A stretch of DNA of 59,808 nucleotides, the filler included. It is 7 parts of 7 records of this genome, joined end to end, with 100 filler letters (N's around TTAATTAATTAA, not from the genome) between each part and the next. Parts side by side here need not be neighbours in the genome. Positions count along the whole stretch, not along the records: positions 8,925 to 16,302 come from SRR31147125_15994; positions 16,403 to 21,632 come from SRR31147125_16017; 5 more parts are not named here. One strand, written 5' to 3'. The notes beneath the pieces are model-generated. The model was not told the origin of the DNA. It searched no databases and saw only the letters and a list, made by a program, of their open reading frames with translations. Made by a program: the position numbers and the translations under genes. Shown one piece after another: positions 9,379 through 18,815 of the stretch (position 1 is its first letter; each line of letters opens with the position of its first letter).

Positions 9379-12059
9379 TGGCTTTGCATCCTGATTTTCC
9401 GGAATCACCCCACGAGATACTTGACCCGGATGTAAGATGGTTCCCTGCAGATGAAGCTCTCCGGGAATCAAGCTATGAAAAGCTGCTTCCACCCCTTGTC
9501 CATGAACTCCGGAAAAAAGTGACCGAATGGCGCTACAAGGATTATGAGGGCGCTTCCGATACAAGCATCGCACTGCTCAATCACTGGTTCAAGACTGAAC
9601 ATCTTATCCCAAAATCTGACGGCACAGTTGCACCGTTCCAGTATTATTTCGGGCAGCGGGAAGCGGTCGAGACCGTAGTATATCTGTATGATGTCATAAA
9701 GGTCAAAGATAAGTATGATCTGCTCAGGTTTGATTCGTCCGGAGCTGTATCAGCAGGGATGTTTGATGAAACCTGGCGGCGATTCGTAATCAAGATGGCG
9801 ACAGGCACGGGGAAAACCAAGGTGATGAGCCTTATCCTTGCATGGTGCTTTTTCCATAAGCTGTATGAGCCTGATTCAGAGCTTGCCAGGAATTTTCTTG
9901 TGATTGCGCCGAACATAATTGTCCTTGACCGGATCAGGACCGATTTTGACGGGCTGAAGATATTTTTTGAAGATCCCGTCCTCCCTGAGAACGGTTACGA
10001 TGGACAGAACTGGAAAGATGATTTCCAGCTGACACTGCATATCCAGGATGAAGTCAGCATTACGAGAAAGACAGGCAACATTTTCCTGACAAATATCCAT
10101 CGCGTCTATTCAGGGAATGACAGTGAAGCGACAGCTGATGATGATGATACGATGGATTATTTCCTGGGTAAGCGTCCGACAGGGGCGACAACCGACTCAA
10201 AAGTTGACCTCGGCGATATCGTGAGAGACATCGATGAGCTTGTTGTCCTGAATGACGAAGCGCATCATATCCATGACAGCCGTCTTGCATGGTTCAAGTC
10301 AATCGAGGATATCCATAACAGGCTCAAACATAAGGATAAGTTCCTTTCCCTGCAGATAGATGTGACGGCAACGCCAAAGCATAACAACGGGGCAATCTTT
10401 GTCCAGACCATTTCCGATTACCCACTTGTTGAGGCGATTTCGCAGAATGTAGTCAAGCATCCGGTCCTGCCTGATTCTGCGAGCCGGGCAAAACTCAGCG
10501 AGAGGCAAAGCTCGAAATATACAGAGAAATATGCAGATTACCTGAACCTCGGGATTGAGGAATGGCGAAAAGCGTTCGATGAGCACGACAAGCTCGAAAA
10601 GAAAGCCATCCTTTTCGTGATGACCGATGATACCAAGAATTGCGATGACGTAGCCGAATACCTGGAAGCCACATACCCTGAACTTAAAGAATCCGTCCTC
10701 GTGATCCATACGAAAAACAACGGTGAAATCAGCGAAGCCAAATCTTCAAAAGCCAAGGAAGAGCTTGAAAAGCTGCGAAAACAGTCCAATGAAATTGATG
10801 GTTGGGACAGCCCGTTCAAGGCGATCGTATCGGTCCTTATGTTGAAAGAAGGATGGGACGTCAAGAACGTGACGACAATAGTGGGGCTTCGAGCGTATTC
10901 AGCGAAAAGCAATATCCTGCCTGAACAGACACTGGGGCGCGGTCTAAGGAAAATGTATCCCGGAAACGGCGTGGAGGAATATGTCAGCGTTGTCGGAACA
11001 GACGCTTTCATGGATTTCGTCGAATCGATCCAGTCCGAGGGGGTCGAGCTTGAACGGAAGGCTATGGGCGAAGGGACAAAACCGAAAACCCCGATCATTG
11101 TCGAGATCGATAATGAGAACACAAGCAAGGATATAGATGCGCTTGATATTGAGATACCTGTCCTGACACCAAGGGTTTACCGTGAATACAAGAACCTCTC
11201 CGAGCTTGATGTGACAAGTTTCGGTCATGAGAAGGTTGAATACAAGGAATTCACCGAAGAGGAGAAACGGGAGATAGTCTTCAAGGATATAACGACAGGG
11301 GAAATCAATCATACAACTTTCCTGGATTCCGCCGCTGTCACTGATTATAGATCTGTAATTGGATATTTCACGCAATTGATAATGAAGGATCTGAGGCTGG
11401 TCAGCGGGTATGACGTGCTCTACGAAAAAGTGAAATCCTTTATCCGGGATGAGCTGTTTGAAAAGACCGTGGATCTGGATGACCTCAACACCATCCGCAA
11501 CCTGTCTGAACTGAACGCCAGCAAGACCCTGATAGAGTCATTCAAGAAAGAAATCAATGCCCTGACAATCAGGGATAAGGGCGACTCCGAAATCAAGGAT
11601 TCTATCAAGCTGAGGAAAACCAGACCGTTCGTTGTCAAGGAACAAGGATACCTGATACCGAAAAAGAGCGTGTTCAACAAGATCATCGGGGATAGTCATC
11701 TTGAGCTCCAGTTCGCGGCATTTCTTGAAGAGTGCGATGATATTGTTTCCTATGTGAAAAATTACATGGCGGTGCATTTCAAGATCGATTACGTCAATGC
11801 CACCGGTGACATTTCCAACTATTATCCGGACTTCATCGTCAAGCTGAACGAAAAGGATACCTGCATTGTCGAGACCAAAGGGTTGGAGGATCTTGATGTT
11901 CCGCTGAAGATGGATCGCCTGAAACAGTGGTGCGAAGATATCAACAAGGCGCAATCCGATGTCGTGTATGACTATGTTTTCGTCGACCAGGAAAGCTTTG
12001 AGAAGTTCAAGCCGAAGAGCTTCAGCGAGCTGGTGAAGGGATTCACCGAGTACAAATAG
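9378..12059 (+). CDS. res: Type III restriction enzyme Res subunit (SF2 helicase + PD-(D/E)xK nuclease)
   Basis: MATGTGKT Walker A, NDEAHH, TATP, LKEGWDV, EQTLGRGLR, YYPDF...ETKG. Confidence 0.93.
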   Translation: MALHPDFPESPHEILDPDVRWFPADEALRESSYEKLLPPLVHELRKKVTEWRYKDYEGASDTSIALLNHWFKTEHLIPKSDGTVAPFQYYFGQREAVETVVYLYDVIKVKDKYDLLRFDSSGAVSAGMFDETWRRFVIKMATGTGKTKVMSLILAWCFFHKLYEPDSELARNFLVIAPNIIVLDRIRTDFDGLKIFFEDPVLPENGYDGQNWKDDFQLTLHIQDEVSITRKTGNIFLTNIHRVYSGNDSEATADDDDTMDYFLGKRPTGATTDSKVDLGDIVRDIDELVVLNDEAHHIHDSRLAWFKSIEDIHNRLKHKDKFLSLQIDVTATPKHNNGAIFVQTISDYPLVEAISQNVVKHPVLPDSASRAKLSERQSSKYTEKYADYLNLGIEEWRKAFDEHDKLEKKAILFVMTDDTKNCDDVAEYLEATYPELKESVLVIHTKNNGEISEAKSSKAKEELEKLRKQSNEIDGWDSPFKAIVSVLMLKEGWDVKNVTTIVGLRAYSAKSNILPEQTLGRGLRKMYPGNGVEEYVSVVGTDAFMDFVESIQSEGVELERKAMGEGTKPKTPIIVEIDNENTSKDIDALDIEIPVLTPRVYREYKNLSELDVTSFGHEKVEYKEFTEEEKREIVFKDITTGEINHTTFLDSAAVTDYRSVIGYFTQLIMKDLRLVSGYDVLYEKVKSFIRDELFEKTVDLDDLNTIRNLSELNASKTLIESFKKEINALTIRDKGDSEIKDSIKLRKTRPFVVKEQGYLIPKKSVFNKIIGDSHLELQFAAFLEECDDIVSYVKNYMAVHFKIDYVNATGDISNYYPDFIVKLNEKDTCIVETKGLEDLDVPLKMDRLKQWCEDINKAQSDVVYDYVFVDQESFEKFKPKSFSELVKGFTEYK

Positions 12060-12342
12060 CTGTATTTTTTCGATCATGGGTGCAAGCAGCGCCAAATTCA
12101 GCCTCATACGTTTGGCGTGTGGGGCTGTTTTAATTGAATTGATTAAAAGATTTAGGCAGAAGCCCATATTTGCCCAAATTTGGACGATTTTGGGGTTGAT
12201 TGATACAAGGGTGGCTGGAGTCAGGAGAAGTCTTCAAATTGGGGTGATTCTGTGCGTGTCAGGTGTGTTGTGTGGGTGTAATTGATTGCAAATTGGATGA
12301 TGCTGCAGGTAAAGCGAATTCTGAAGCGGGAAGAGGGGGGAT

Positions 12343-12372
12343 AAAAAAAGGCGGACCCGGGCTGAGTCCGCC
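12343..12372 (-). terminator. Rho-independent terminator after the 91-aa gene
   Basis: Minus strand GGCGGACTC-loop-GGGTCCGCC followed by T7. Confidence 0.85.
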
Positions 12373-12401
12373 AATGAGGTTAAAAATTCAGATGTCCGGG
12401 A

Positions 12402-12677
12402 CTAATTGTCGTGATGACGCAGCCATTCCCATACATCTTTTCGCATCCAACCCTGACGAGGTTTACCTGTGGAATCGACAACGAAAAGAAAATCGTTCTG
12501 GTCGATGCAGGTCATCAGCCGGTTGGACCAAGTATCTACTGATTCCTGAGTGTAGATGAACCAGAACGAATCCATCGCATGGCACCAGCTGGGCGCGGAT
12601 TTGATGGTTTTGTAAAGGTCGTCGTACTCGCCATTGGATTTCGGTTTGTTCACGTCGTAACTAATGCTAAGTATCAT
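12402..12677 (-). CDS. Small ferredoxin-like (Cas2/VapD-like, often annotated 'SinR family') protein
   Basis: ISYDV..P....YDDLY..IK....WCH...SFW.I......L...ID.ND..FVV......GW pattern; has its own terminator. Confidence 0.75.
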   Translation of the reverse strand: MILSISYDVNKPKSNGEYDDLYKTIKSAPSWCHAMDSFWFIYTQESVDTWSNRLMTCIDQNDFLFVVDSTGKPRQGWMRKDVWEWLRHHDN

Positions 12678-13082
12678 CGCTAAAATATCCTATATTGTGC
12701 AATGTTCATGTGCTGCATACCATATCCGGACCGTCCGGACACGGTTATGCTATATAGGAAAAAGGGCTGCGATGAGGTCCTCGTATATAAAGGATACGGC
12801 GCAGGCGATTGCAGGCAAGAACTGAATGCCCCAGTAAAGAATCACCTGCAACAATATGGTGGCGGCAACTTCATTTCAACCTCCTGCTTGCTGATGGTTC
12901 ACTGCAAGCCAGGAGCCGGAGAGTCTTTTCAAAGTAACTTTGATATTGACAAAAATGCCAGTTCTGCTACTTTGGAAAGTGTCTATACCCTGCGCGGCTC
13001 CCGAGCTGTGCAGCTGTTTCGAGAAAGCCTCTTGCAGCCCCTTAACCTCAAGGTGTTGTGGGGGCTTTTTCATTTCAATAGC

Positions 13083-13111
13083 AATATACAGTACTTTGTC
13101 TGGTGAGGCAA
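13083..13111 (-). promoter_or_regulatory. Putative sigma70 promoter about 400 nt upstream of the 91-aa gene
   Basis: Minus strand TTGCCT-N17-TATATT. Confidence 0.5.
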
Positions 13112-13313
13112 GCCCTTTTTGGTTTAAACACCGGTTTTTCCTGCCACGGAACCACACAACAACTTCACTGCTTCACCACTCTACCACTCCACCAATCAAA
13201 TATTTACCTGTCAAGTACCCATTGGGTAACATGGCGTTGCGTGTATCGTTGTTTGCGTGCATTACATTCATATCATATACATCATGCATATCATCATCTA
13301 TTGCGTACATTCA

Positions 13314-13682
13314 TCAACCGGCAGGATTATCTAAGTCGATGATGCCAACTTTGTTTTCATCATCGCATTCAACGTCATACGTGCTGGTGTCGTCGTAACT
13401 TATGCCGTAGCAGTCAAGAAACGATACACCGGAGAAATAGTAGTTGCCTTTGCGTTTCACGATCTTGATTGCACCTTCGTCGTCGGCGTCGTTCGTGAAT
13501 TTGAACGCAACCTTCTTCCTGTCCTCCGAAATGTACATCACGACGTAATCGATATTTTCCAACTTGAAACGGTTGATCGTCCCGGAGTTGATTCCGATCT
13601 GCCCTCTCTTCCGTATCGAGATTTTCGGTTTGAATGAGCCACCCGGCGATTTGAACTTTTCAAAACCTTCAAGAATATTCAT
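13314..13682 (-). CDS. Hypothetical beta-rich protein (possible AbrB/MraZ-like swapped-hairpin DNA-binding fold)
   Basis: Strong AAGGAGGT SD; KISIRKRGQIGINSG resembles the AbrB-like N-terminal motif; fold call is inference. Confidence 0.7.
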   Translation of the reverse strand: MNILEGFEKFKSPGGSFKPKISIRKRGQIGINSGTINRFKLENIDYVVMYISEDRKKVAFKFTNDADDEGAIKIVKRKGNYYFSGVSFLDCYGISYDDTSTYDVECDDENKVGIIDLDNPAG

Positions 13683-14077
13683 GCTACCACCTCCTTTTCA
13701 ATTGACCTGAGTCTACCTTATTATATATGCGGACTATGTGCAAGCGGTTATCCGCATATTTGATGTGCTATTTAGCACAAAATTTACAATCAGAAAACAT
13801 TTTGTTCACAAACTGCGCATCATGCGCAGTCATGAAATTATTTACTGTGAAATTATTGCATCCCTGAATATAACTTTTAGTTATATTTTCCACGCATGGA
13901 AAAGCAGTATAAGGATCGTTTCTCCTTGGAGAAGCGTGTATCATATGTTGTAGCGAATCGAAAAAATTGAATTTTACCGGCTTTTCATTCTTGACCAAAA
14001 ACATAGGAAAAACACATGATGTAGCGTTCCATTTTATGGTGTGCACATCCCATTGTGTATTTTTTGATCATATGCAC

Positions 14078-14105
14078 TTGACAACGACGGATTAGGTTTT
14101 ATTAT
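14078..14105 (+). promoter_or_regulatory. Putative sigma70 promoter of the DUF2188-CBASS operon
   Basis: TTGACA-N16-TATTAT upstream of the AAGGAG SD. Confidence 0.55.
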
Positions 14106-14141
14106 TCTGCAAGTTTTATACCTTTTGAAAGGAGAGCCAGG

Positions 14142-14375
14142 ATGGCAAAGCGAACAACCTACCACGTGACAAAAAACCAGGACGGCGGCTGGAACGTCAA
14201 AAAAGAAGGCTCACAGCGGGCATCCGGTAATTTCGGCACCAAGCAGCAGGCCGTCAGCCGTGGCAAGGAACTGGCAAAGGGAGTGCCGCTCGGTCAGATA
14301 AAGATCCATGGCCGTGATGGCAAAATTCAAACCGAACATACCTACGGGAAAGACCCGTATCCTCCGGAGGGCTAA
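14142..14375 (+). CDS. DUF2188 family protein
   Basis: YHV....GGW.VKKEG..RAS..F.TKQ.A...G..LA......IHG.DG.IQ....YG.DP.PP.G is the DUF2188 signature. Confidence 0.9.
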   Translation: MAKRTTYHVTKNQDGGWNVKKEGSQRASGNFGTKQQAVSRGKELAKGVPLGQIKIHGRDGKIQTEHTYGKDPYPPEG

Positions 14376-14384
14376 TACCAACAT

Positions 14385-15599
14385 ATGTCGCAAAATTTAT
14401 CTGTTGAACAGAGCTTTCAAAAATTAATAAGCAACCTGAATCCGACAGAGAAACAACGACAGCGAATCCAGACCACAAGAGCGACCATCGATTCTGTACT
14501 TGCAAATGAAGACCGGATATTCCTCAACACGCAGCAGCAGCCATCCTTTCTAACGGGTTCATACAGTAGAAACACCATCATCAGACCCATCGATGACATA
14601 GATCTCTATGTCAGAATCCATTACAGCAAGCATGCCAAAGATAAATCGCCACTATCTATCCTTCGGCTGATCGCCGCCTCAATTAGGAATAGATACCACA
14701 AGAACACAAGAGTTGATGTAGATTCTCCATGTGTGGTTGTCAGATTTCTGGACTACAAATTTGAAGTGGCTCCCGTTGTTGGTTATTCAGATGACTCTGA
14801 TCTGTATGATATTCCGGCACCTGGTTCCAAAACATGGATGCAGTGCTATCCTAACGTGCCGTCAAAGTGGTTATCTTCATGTAATCATATGAACAACGGG
14901 ATGTTCATCCCTATGATTAAAATTCTTAAGCAGTGGAACAGGACGCAGAAAATCGGCTTGAAATCATTCCATCTGGAGCTTCTGACTGAAAAAGTATTCA
15001 GCACAATCACCGAAATAAAATCATATCCACAGGGTGTTACCGATTGGATGTATTGCGTAAATGAATGGATTCATGAGAACGATTATCCGTTCGTTCCCGA
15101 ACCGGGACAGACATACAAGTATGTCGATGATTACCTATACAAAAATCGGCTTATACTCATACAGAAACGACGCAAGCTTGAAAAATCTTTGAAAAAAGCT
15201 GAAAGGGCTTGGAATTTCTATGTCAAAGGAAGAAATATCGCTGCAAAAAGGATCTATCGCAACCTGTTCGGTTCAATGTTTCCTGCACCTGAACCTTTAC
15301 CGGCAAAACAGGTGCTAACACCGCCAAAAACTGAACCCGCGCCCCCATTGAAGGATTTATTACCCCCACGGCAGCCGATGGAGCTATCTACTGGTTTGCG
15401 GACTTCAGATTATATAAACGCCCTCATGAATCCAAAACCAGCTCTTACCGGCAATGTGTTAGCTGATTTTTTAAGGCGAAATGCGTTGAGTGATCCCTTT
15501 TCCCCAGAACCAGACCCGCAAGATAAACTTTTGGCTGAGGCTCGAAAGAATGCGATCCTGGCCATGCTTTCAAAAACAGATGATCCATTTAAAAAGTGA
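14385..15599 (+). CDS. CD-NTase / SMODS nucleotidyltransferase (CBASS cyclase) with Pro-rich C-terminal extension
   Basis: FLTGSYSRNTIIRPIDDIDL (GS..DxD), FEVAP, IKILKQWN and LKSFHLEL cGAS/DncV-like motifs; directly upstream of a SLATT gene. Confidence 0.9.
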   Translation: MSQNLSVEQSFQKLISNLNPTEKQRQRIQTTRATIDSVLANEDRIFLNTQQQPSFLTGSYSRNTIIRPIDDIDLYVRIHYSKHAKDKSPLSILRLIAASIRNRYHKNTRVDVDSPCVVVRFLDYKFEVAPVVGYSDDSDLYDIPAPGSKTWMQCYPNVPSKWLSSCNHMNNGMFIPMIKILKQWNRTQKIGLKSFHLELLTEKVFSTITEIKSYPQGVTDWMYCVNEWIHENDYPFVPEPGQTYKYVDDYLYKNRLILIQKRRKLEKSLKKAERAWNFYVKGRNIAAKRIYRNLFGSMFPAPEPLPAKQVLTPPKTEPAPPLKDLLPPRQPMELSTGLRTSDYINALMNPKPALTGNVLADFLRRNALSDPFSPEPDPQDKLLAEARKNAILAMLSKTDDPFKK

Positions 15600-15609
15600 T
15601 GAGGTTCCA

Positions 15610-16122
15610 ATGCCGGAAATAGATAGCCAACACCTGATTGATGAATGCCGACGTATCGAAGATGACTGTCTTTATACAGCTGAAGCTCATTATATTGGTG
15701 CAGCTAAAGCAGGTACCGTAGCCTTGTGGGTAAAACTTATTCCTGCCATTGCGGCGGCTGGTAGCGGCGCCGCTCTCCTTAGCGGTTGGCCTGACTGGAT
15801 TGGATGGTTCTCTGTTATCGCCGGTGTAGCGTTCGCCCTTCAGTCAATAATGAATCCGGATAAGAAACAAGACGACCACACTCAGGCCGGGAAATGCTAC
15901 ACAGCCCTGAAACATGAATCCAGATCCTTGTATGAGACGTTTTATAAAGAAATGGATCGTGAATCTTTCCATGTGATGGTGCGAATCCTGAGGGAACGAT
16001 ATAACATGACGGCGAAACTCACACCTCAGACAGCGATAAAGGATTTTGAGGCAGGACGAAAAAGAATAAAGGCAGGCCGTCATACTCCAGATTTCAAAAA
16101 GCAGACAAGCGAGGGTGAGTGA
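15610..16122 (+). CDS. SLATT-domain two-TM effector
   Basis: IEDDCLYTAEAHY helix, two TM helices, then NPDKKQDDHTQAGKCYTALK; GAGG SD before ATG 15610. Confidence 0.85.
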   Translation: MPEIDSQHLIDECRRIEDDCLYTAEAHYIGAAKAGTVALWVKLIPAIAAAGSGAALLSGWPDWIGWFSVIAGVAFALQSIMNPDKKQDDHTQAGKCYTALKHESRSLYETFYKEMDRESFHVMVRILRERYNMTAKLTPQTAIKDFEAGRKRIKAGRHTPDFKKQTSEGE

Positions 16123-16302
16123 GGTAAAAAAATTCCAAAGTCTTGATATTGCTTATGACAGCGCACAGGATAAGCTGAAATTCCAATCTGAGCAGTGGAA
16201 TTCAATTGACCAGAAAAATGCTGTTGTCCTCGCTGTTTACGGCATAATAATGGCTGTAATCTTAACAGGTGATATCGGAGATGCGTTCATTGTTTACAAA
16301 AA
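16115..16302 (+). CDS. Membrane protein resembling Pycsar-type TM effectors, 3'-truncated
   Basis: Start overlaps the SLATT stop; amphipathic helix then IDQKNAVVLAVYGIIMAVIL (D.K followed by a TM helix); only about 62 codons visible. Confidence 0.5.
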
Positions 16303-16402
16303 NNNNNNNNNNNNNNNNNNNNNNNNNNNNNNNNNNNNNNNNNNNNTTAATTAATTAANNNNNNNNNNNNNNNNNNNNNNNNNNNNNNNNNNNNNNNNNN
16401 NN
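16303..16402. other. Artificial contig linker
   Basis: N44-TTAATTAATTAA-N44. Confidence 0.99.
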
Positions 16403-17342
16403 GGAGGTTGACAGCTTTAAGATCAAAGTCATTGAGGACAACGACGCCAAGGTGCTGGCTCTTCGCAACGGAGAGGTCGATGCGATCATCGGTTCAAGTC
16501 GGTTGAGCTATGATGCCTATAGTGAACTAAGTGACGATGGTTCTTTTGGAACTGCCGTTGACGATGAAGGAACATTGACTCGCTACCTCGGGTTTAATCT
16601 TTCCGAAGAGCCCTTTGATGACGTATTGGTTCGTCAAGCTATTGCTTATGCGCTTGACAAGGATACCCTCTGCTCAAGCGTTTTTCAGGGGATAGAGGAT
16701 CCGGCGGAACAATTATTTATGACCAGTAAGTCCTATTGTGATGTAGATCAGACAACTTATTCATATGATCTCGAAAAAGCCAACGCGCTGATGGATGAAG
16801 CAGGATGGGTAGACAGCGACGGCGATGGCATTCGCGAAAAAGACGGTCAAACACTTGAGTTTGAGTTGCCTTATTACCAAGACATAGGCAGTTTAGACGA
16901 TGCTATGCTAGCCATTGCAAGCCAACTGGCTGAGATCGGTTTTAGCTTTACTCCCGTCGGAGCCGACATGATGACATGGTTTAGTACGGTTAGCGCAGGT
17001 GAATATAAAATCACCGCGTATAAGACGTATGGCGGAGCCTATGATCCGAGCACACTTATAACTAATATGAACTCGGATCTCGGTGCAGACCCCGTTGCTA
17101 TGCAGGTTTCCTACTTTCTGGAAGGCGGCAACGATCTGATACTTGAGCTGGACAGTACAAGCGATTTAGATCGTGTACAGGAAATTTATGCCGAAATACT
17201 TGGAACAATTGCCGATCAGGTTCTGATGGTTCCTGTTTCCTATACTCGGGAGTTTGCGGCATGGAACAGCGAAATCATAACGGGATATGATTTCTATTCC
17301 GACAGCCAGCATGTTGTCGTTGCCAATATCCATGTTGAGTAG
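16403..17342 (+). CDS. ABC transporter substrate-binding protein, family 5 (NikA/peptide type), 5'-truncated
   Basis: VRQAIAYALDK, YDLEKANALMDEAGW.D.DGDGIREKDG motifs; frame open from the contig start. Confidence 0.88.
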
Positions 17343-17555
17343 CGCTGCTTAGAAAAACAAGAAATGATTATGTTAGCTGGCTCGGTTGGTGGGGAAACTC
17401 ATTGCCGGGCCGGTTTACATATAAGAACGGCTCCTTAACGCTATAAACTTATATTATTGAATACAGAAGACTTGTGTGCGGAAAGTAGAACAGTATGGGG
17501 CTATACGCCTATCATTTACCCTATAGATAACAATTGGTATTATGGGGAATAACAT

Positions 17556-18815
17556 TCAATACAAGTTGTCATTTAAAATATCTCCGGTTTTGAGCAACAA
17601 AAAATCACATAGAAGTGTTATTATCAGGCTTGAATCATTGAAGTCTACATCAAACAATTCTTTCATTCTGTTAATGCGATACAATACCGTATTATGATGA
17701 ATAAATAGTGTCTTTGCAGCATTTTTTGTGTTAAGTGACGATAGTATATAGGCCTTTAGCGTTGTTAAGTAGTCGGTATTATTCATTTTGTCATATCGAT
17801 CGATGTTTTGAATTAACGGATGTAAAAAAGTATCAAGCGGGTAATTTTCAACCGCTGGTATAAATAAATGCAAAGGGGCAAAATCATCAAATGAATACAG
17901 CATTTTTTCTGGGTTATTGTGGTATCCGAGCTTCAAGGAGAGTTCTGCTTGCTGGTAATAAGCATTTATTTTAAACAAATCATAAAAGGGTGAAGTGATA
18001 CTGCTGATCATCGTGTACTTTGACAGTATCTCCAATATGCCATGGATAGTCTTGTTGTCATTCTGAGAAGATAGAGTCGGATTTGAGATGCCACTGCATA
18101 AAGTTACAACGTGAACCTCGGTATGAACTGATAGAATTCCGGAATACTTCTTCATTAAATTTGCACATGCAAGCTCAAGAATGCGACTGTCATTATTATT
18201 TCCAGAATAGCGCGATACGATCAATACATAGCTTTCTGAAAACTCCTTTTGAAGAGTACAGATATCTTTATGATACGAAGATGAGTTTGGATCACCTTCT
18301 AATACACTCCTCAACCTTAGTAGGCTCCGCCGATTATAGTAACGTTCCATTTCTACAAGTTTGGAAACTTCTGCGCTTAAAGAAGAACATAAAAGACGAA
18401 TGATCTCCATATCCTCATCAGTCACTTCCTGGTCGACAATATGAATCACCACGTTGCCAGCAGGTTTGCCTTTAACAAAAAATGTGCTGATTATTTGTTG
18501 AGTTATACTGAGATAACCATCATTTATTAGTAATGGATAAGCGCGGGTCTTGGGATGGGACAGGTATTTATTGTAAAAATCCATATAATGTTCTGGACGG
18601 GTAGCGTGTTCGTCAAAAAGGGCATCCCAGTCGGGGATACCTATTTTTTTATTTGGTATCTGACAAAGCGAATTGGAAATGTGATCCATAATCGCAATTG
18701 GCCACTGAAGCAATTCATAAGCTGCCATAGCTAATGGCTTAACTCCTCCTTTTAACATTGCTTTGAAAAAAAGACAGTAAGCCCGCTCAATGCGTTTTTC
18801 AGATAAGTCAGGCAT
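17556..18815 (-). CDS. PucR/CdaR family transcriptional regulator
   Basis: C-terminal YLTTLKAYI...N.KNAAKTLFIHHNTVLYRINRMKEL HTH; divergent from the catabolic operon. Confidence 0.9.
   Translation of the reverse strand: MPDLSEKRIERAYCLFFKAMLKGGVKPLAMAAYELLQWPIAIMDHISNSLCQIPNKKIGIPDWDALFDEHATRPEHYMDFYNKYLSHPKTRAYPLLINDGYLSITQQIISTFFVKGKPAGNVVIHIVDQEVTDEDMEIIRLLCSSLSAEVSKLVEMERYYNRRSLLRLRSVLEGDPNSSSYHKDICTLQKEFSESYVLIVSRYSGNNNDSRILELACANLMKKYSGILSVHTEVHVVTLCSGISNPTLSSQNDNKTIHGILEILSKYTMISSITSPFYDLFKINAYYQQAELSLKLGYHNNPEKMLYSFDDFAPLHLFIPAVENYPLDTFLHPLIQNIDRYDKMNNTDYLTTLKAYILSSLNTKNAAKTLFIHHNTVLYRINRMKELFDVDFNDSSLIITLLCDFLLLKTGDILNDNLY

Noticed and set aside
9644-12167. Long antisense ORFs within res (and similar ones within htpG, metY, sdhA)
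   Set aside because: Shadow ORFs produced by codon bias of the real gene on the opposite strand
12402-12677. CRISPR-Cas locus suggested by the Cas2-like protein
   Set aside because: No cas1, other cas genes or repeat-spacer array seen anywhere in the window
12700-13110. Retron msr-msd or hammerhead ribozyme
   Set aside because: No reverse transcriptase in the contig; CTGCGATGAG does not match the hammerhead CUGANGA core
12076-13398. Plus-strand ORFs 12076-12285, 12263-12559, 12702-13106, 12940-13398, 13103-13342
   Set aside because: No SD or recognisable motifs, odd composition, and they overlap better-supported minus-strand genes and signals
13738-14046. ORFs 13738-13953 (+) and 13768-14046 (-)
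   Set aside because: AT-rich divergent promoter region without SD or protein-like features
8799-16302. Defence island integrated at the tRNA-Leu
   Set aside because: The tRNA and the island are on different contigs joined by a linker; adjacency is not evidence
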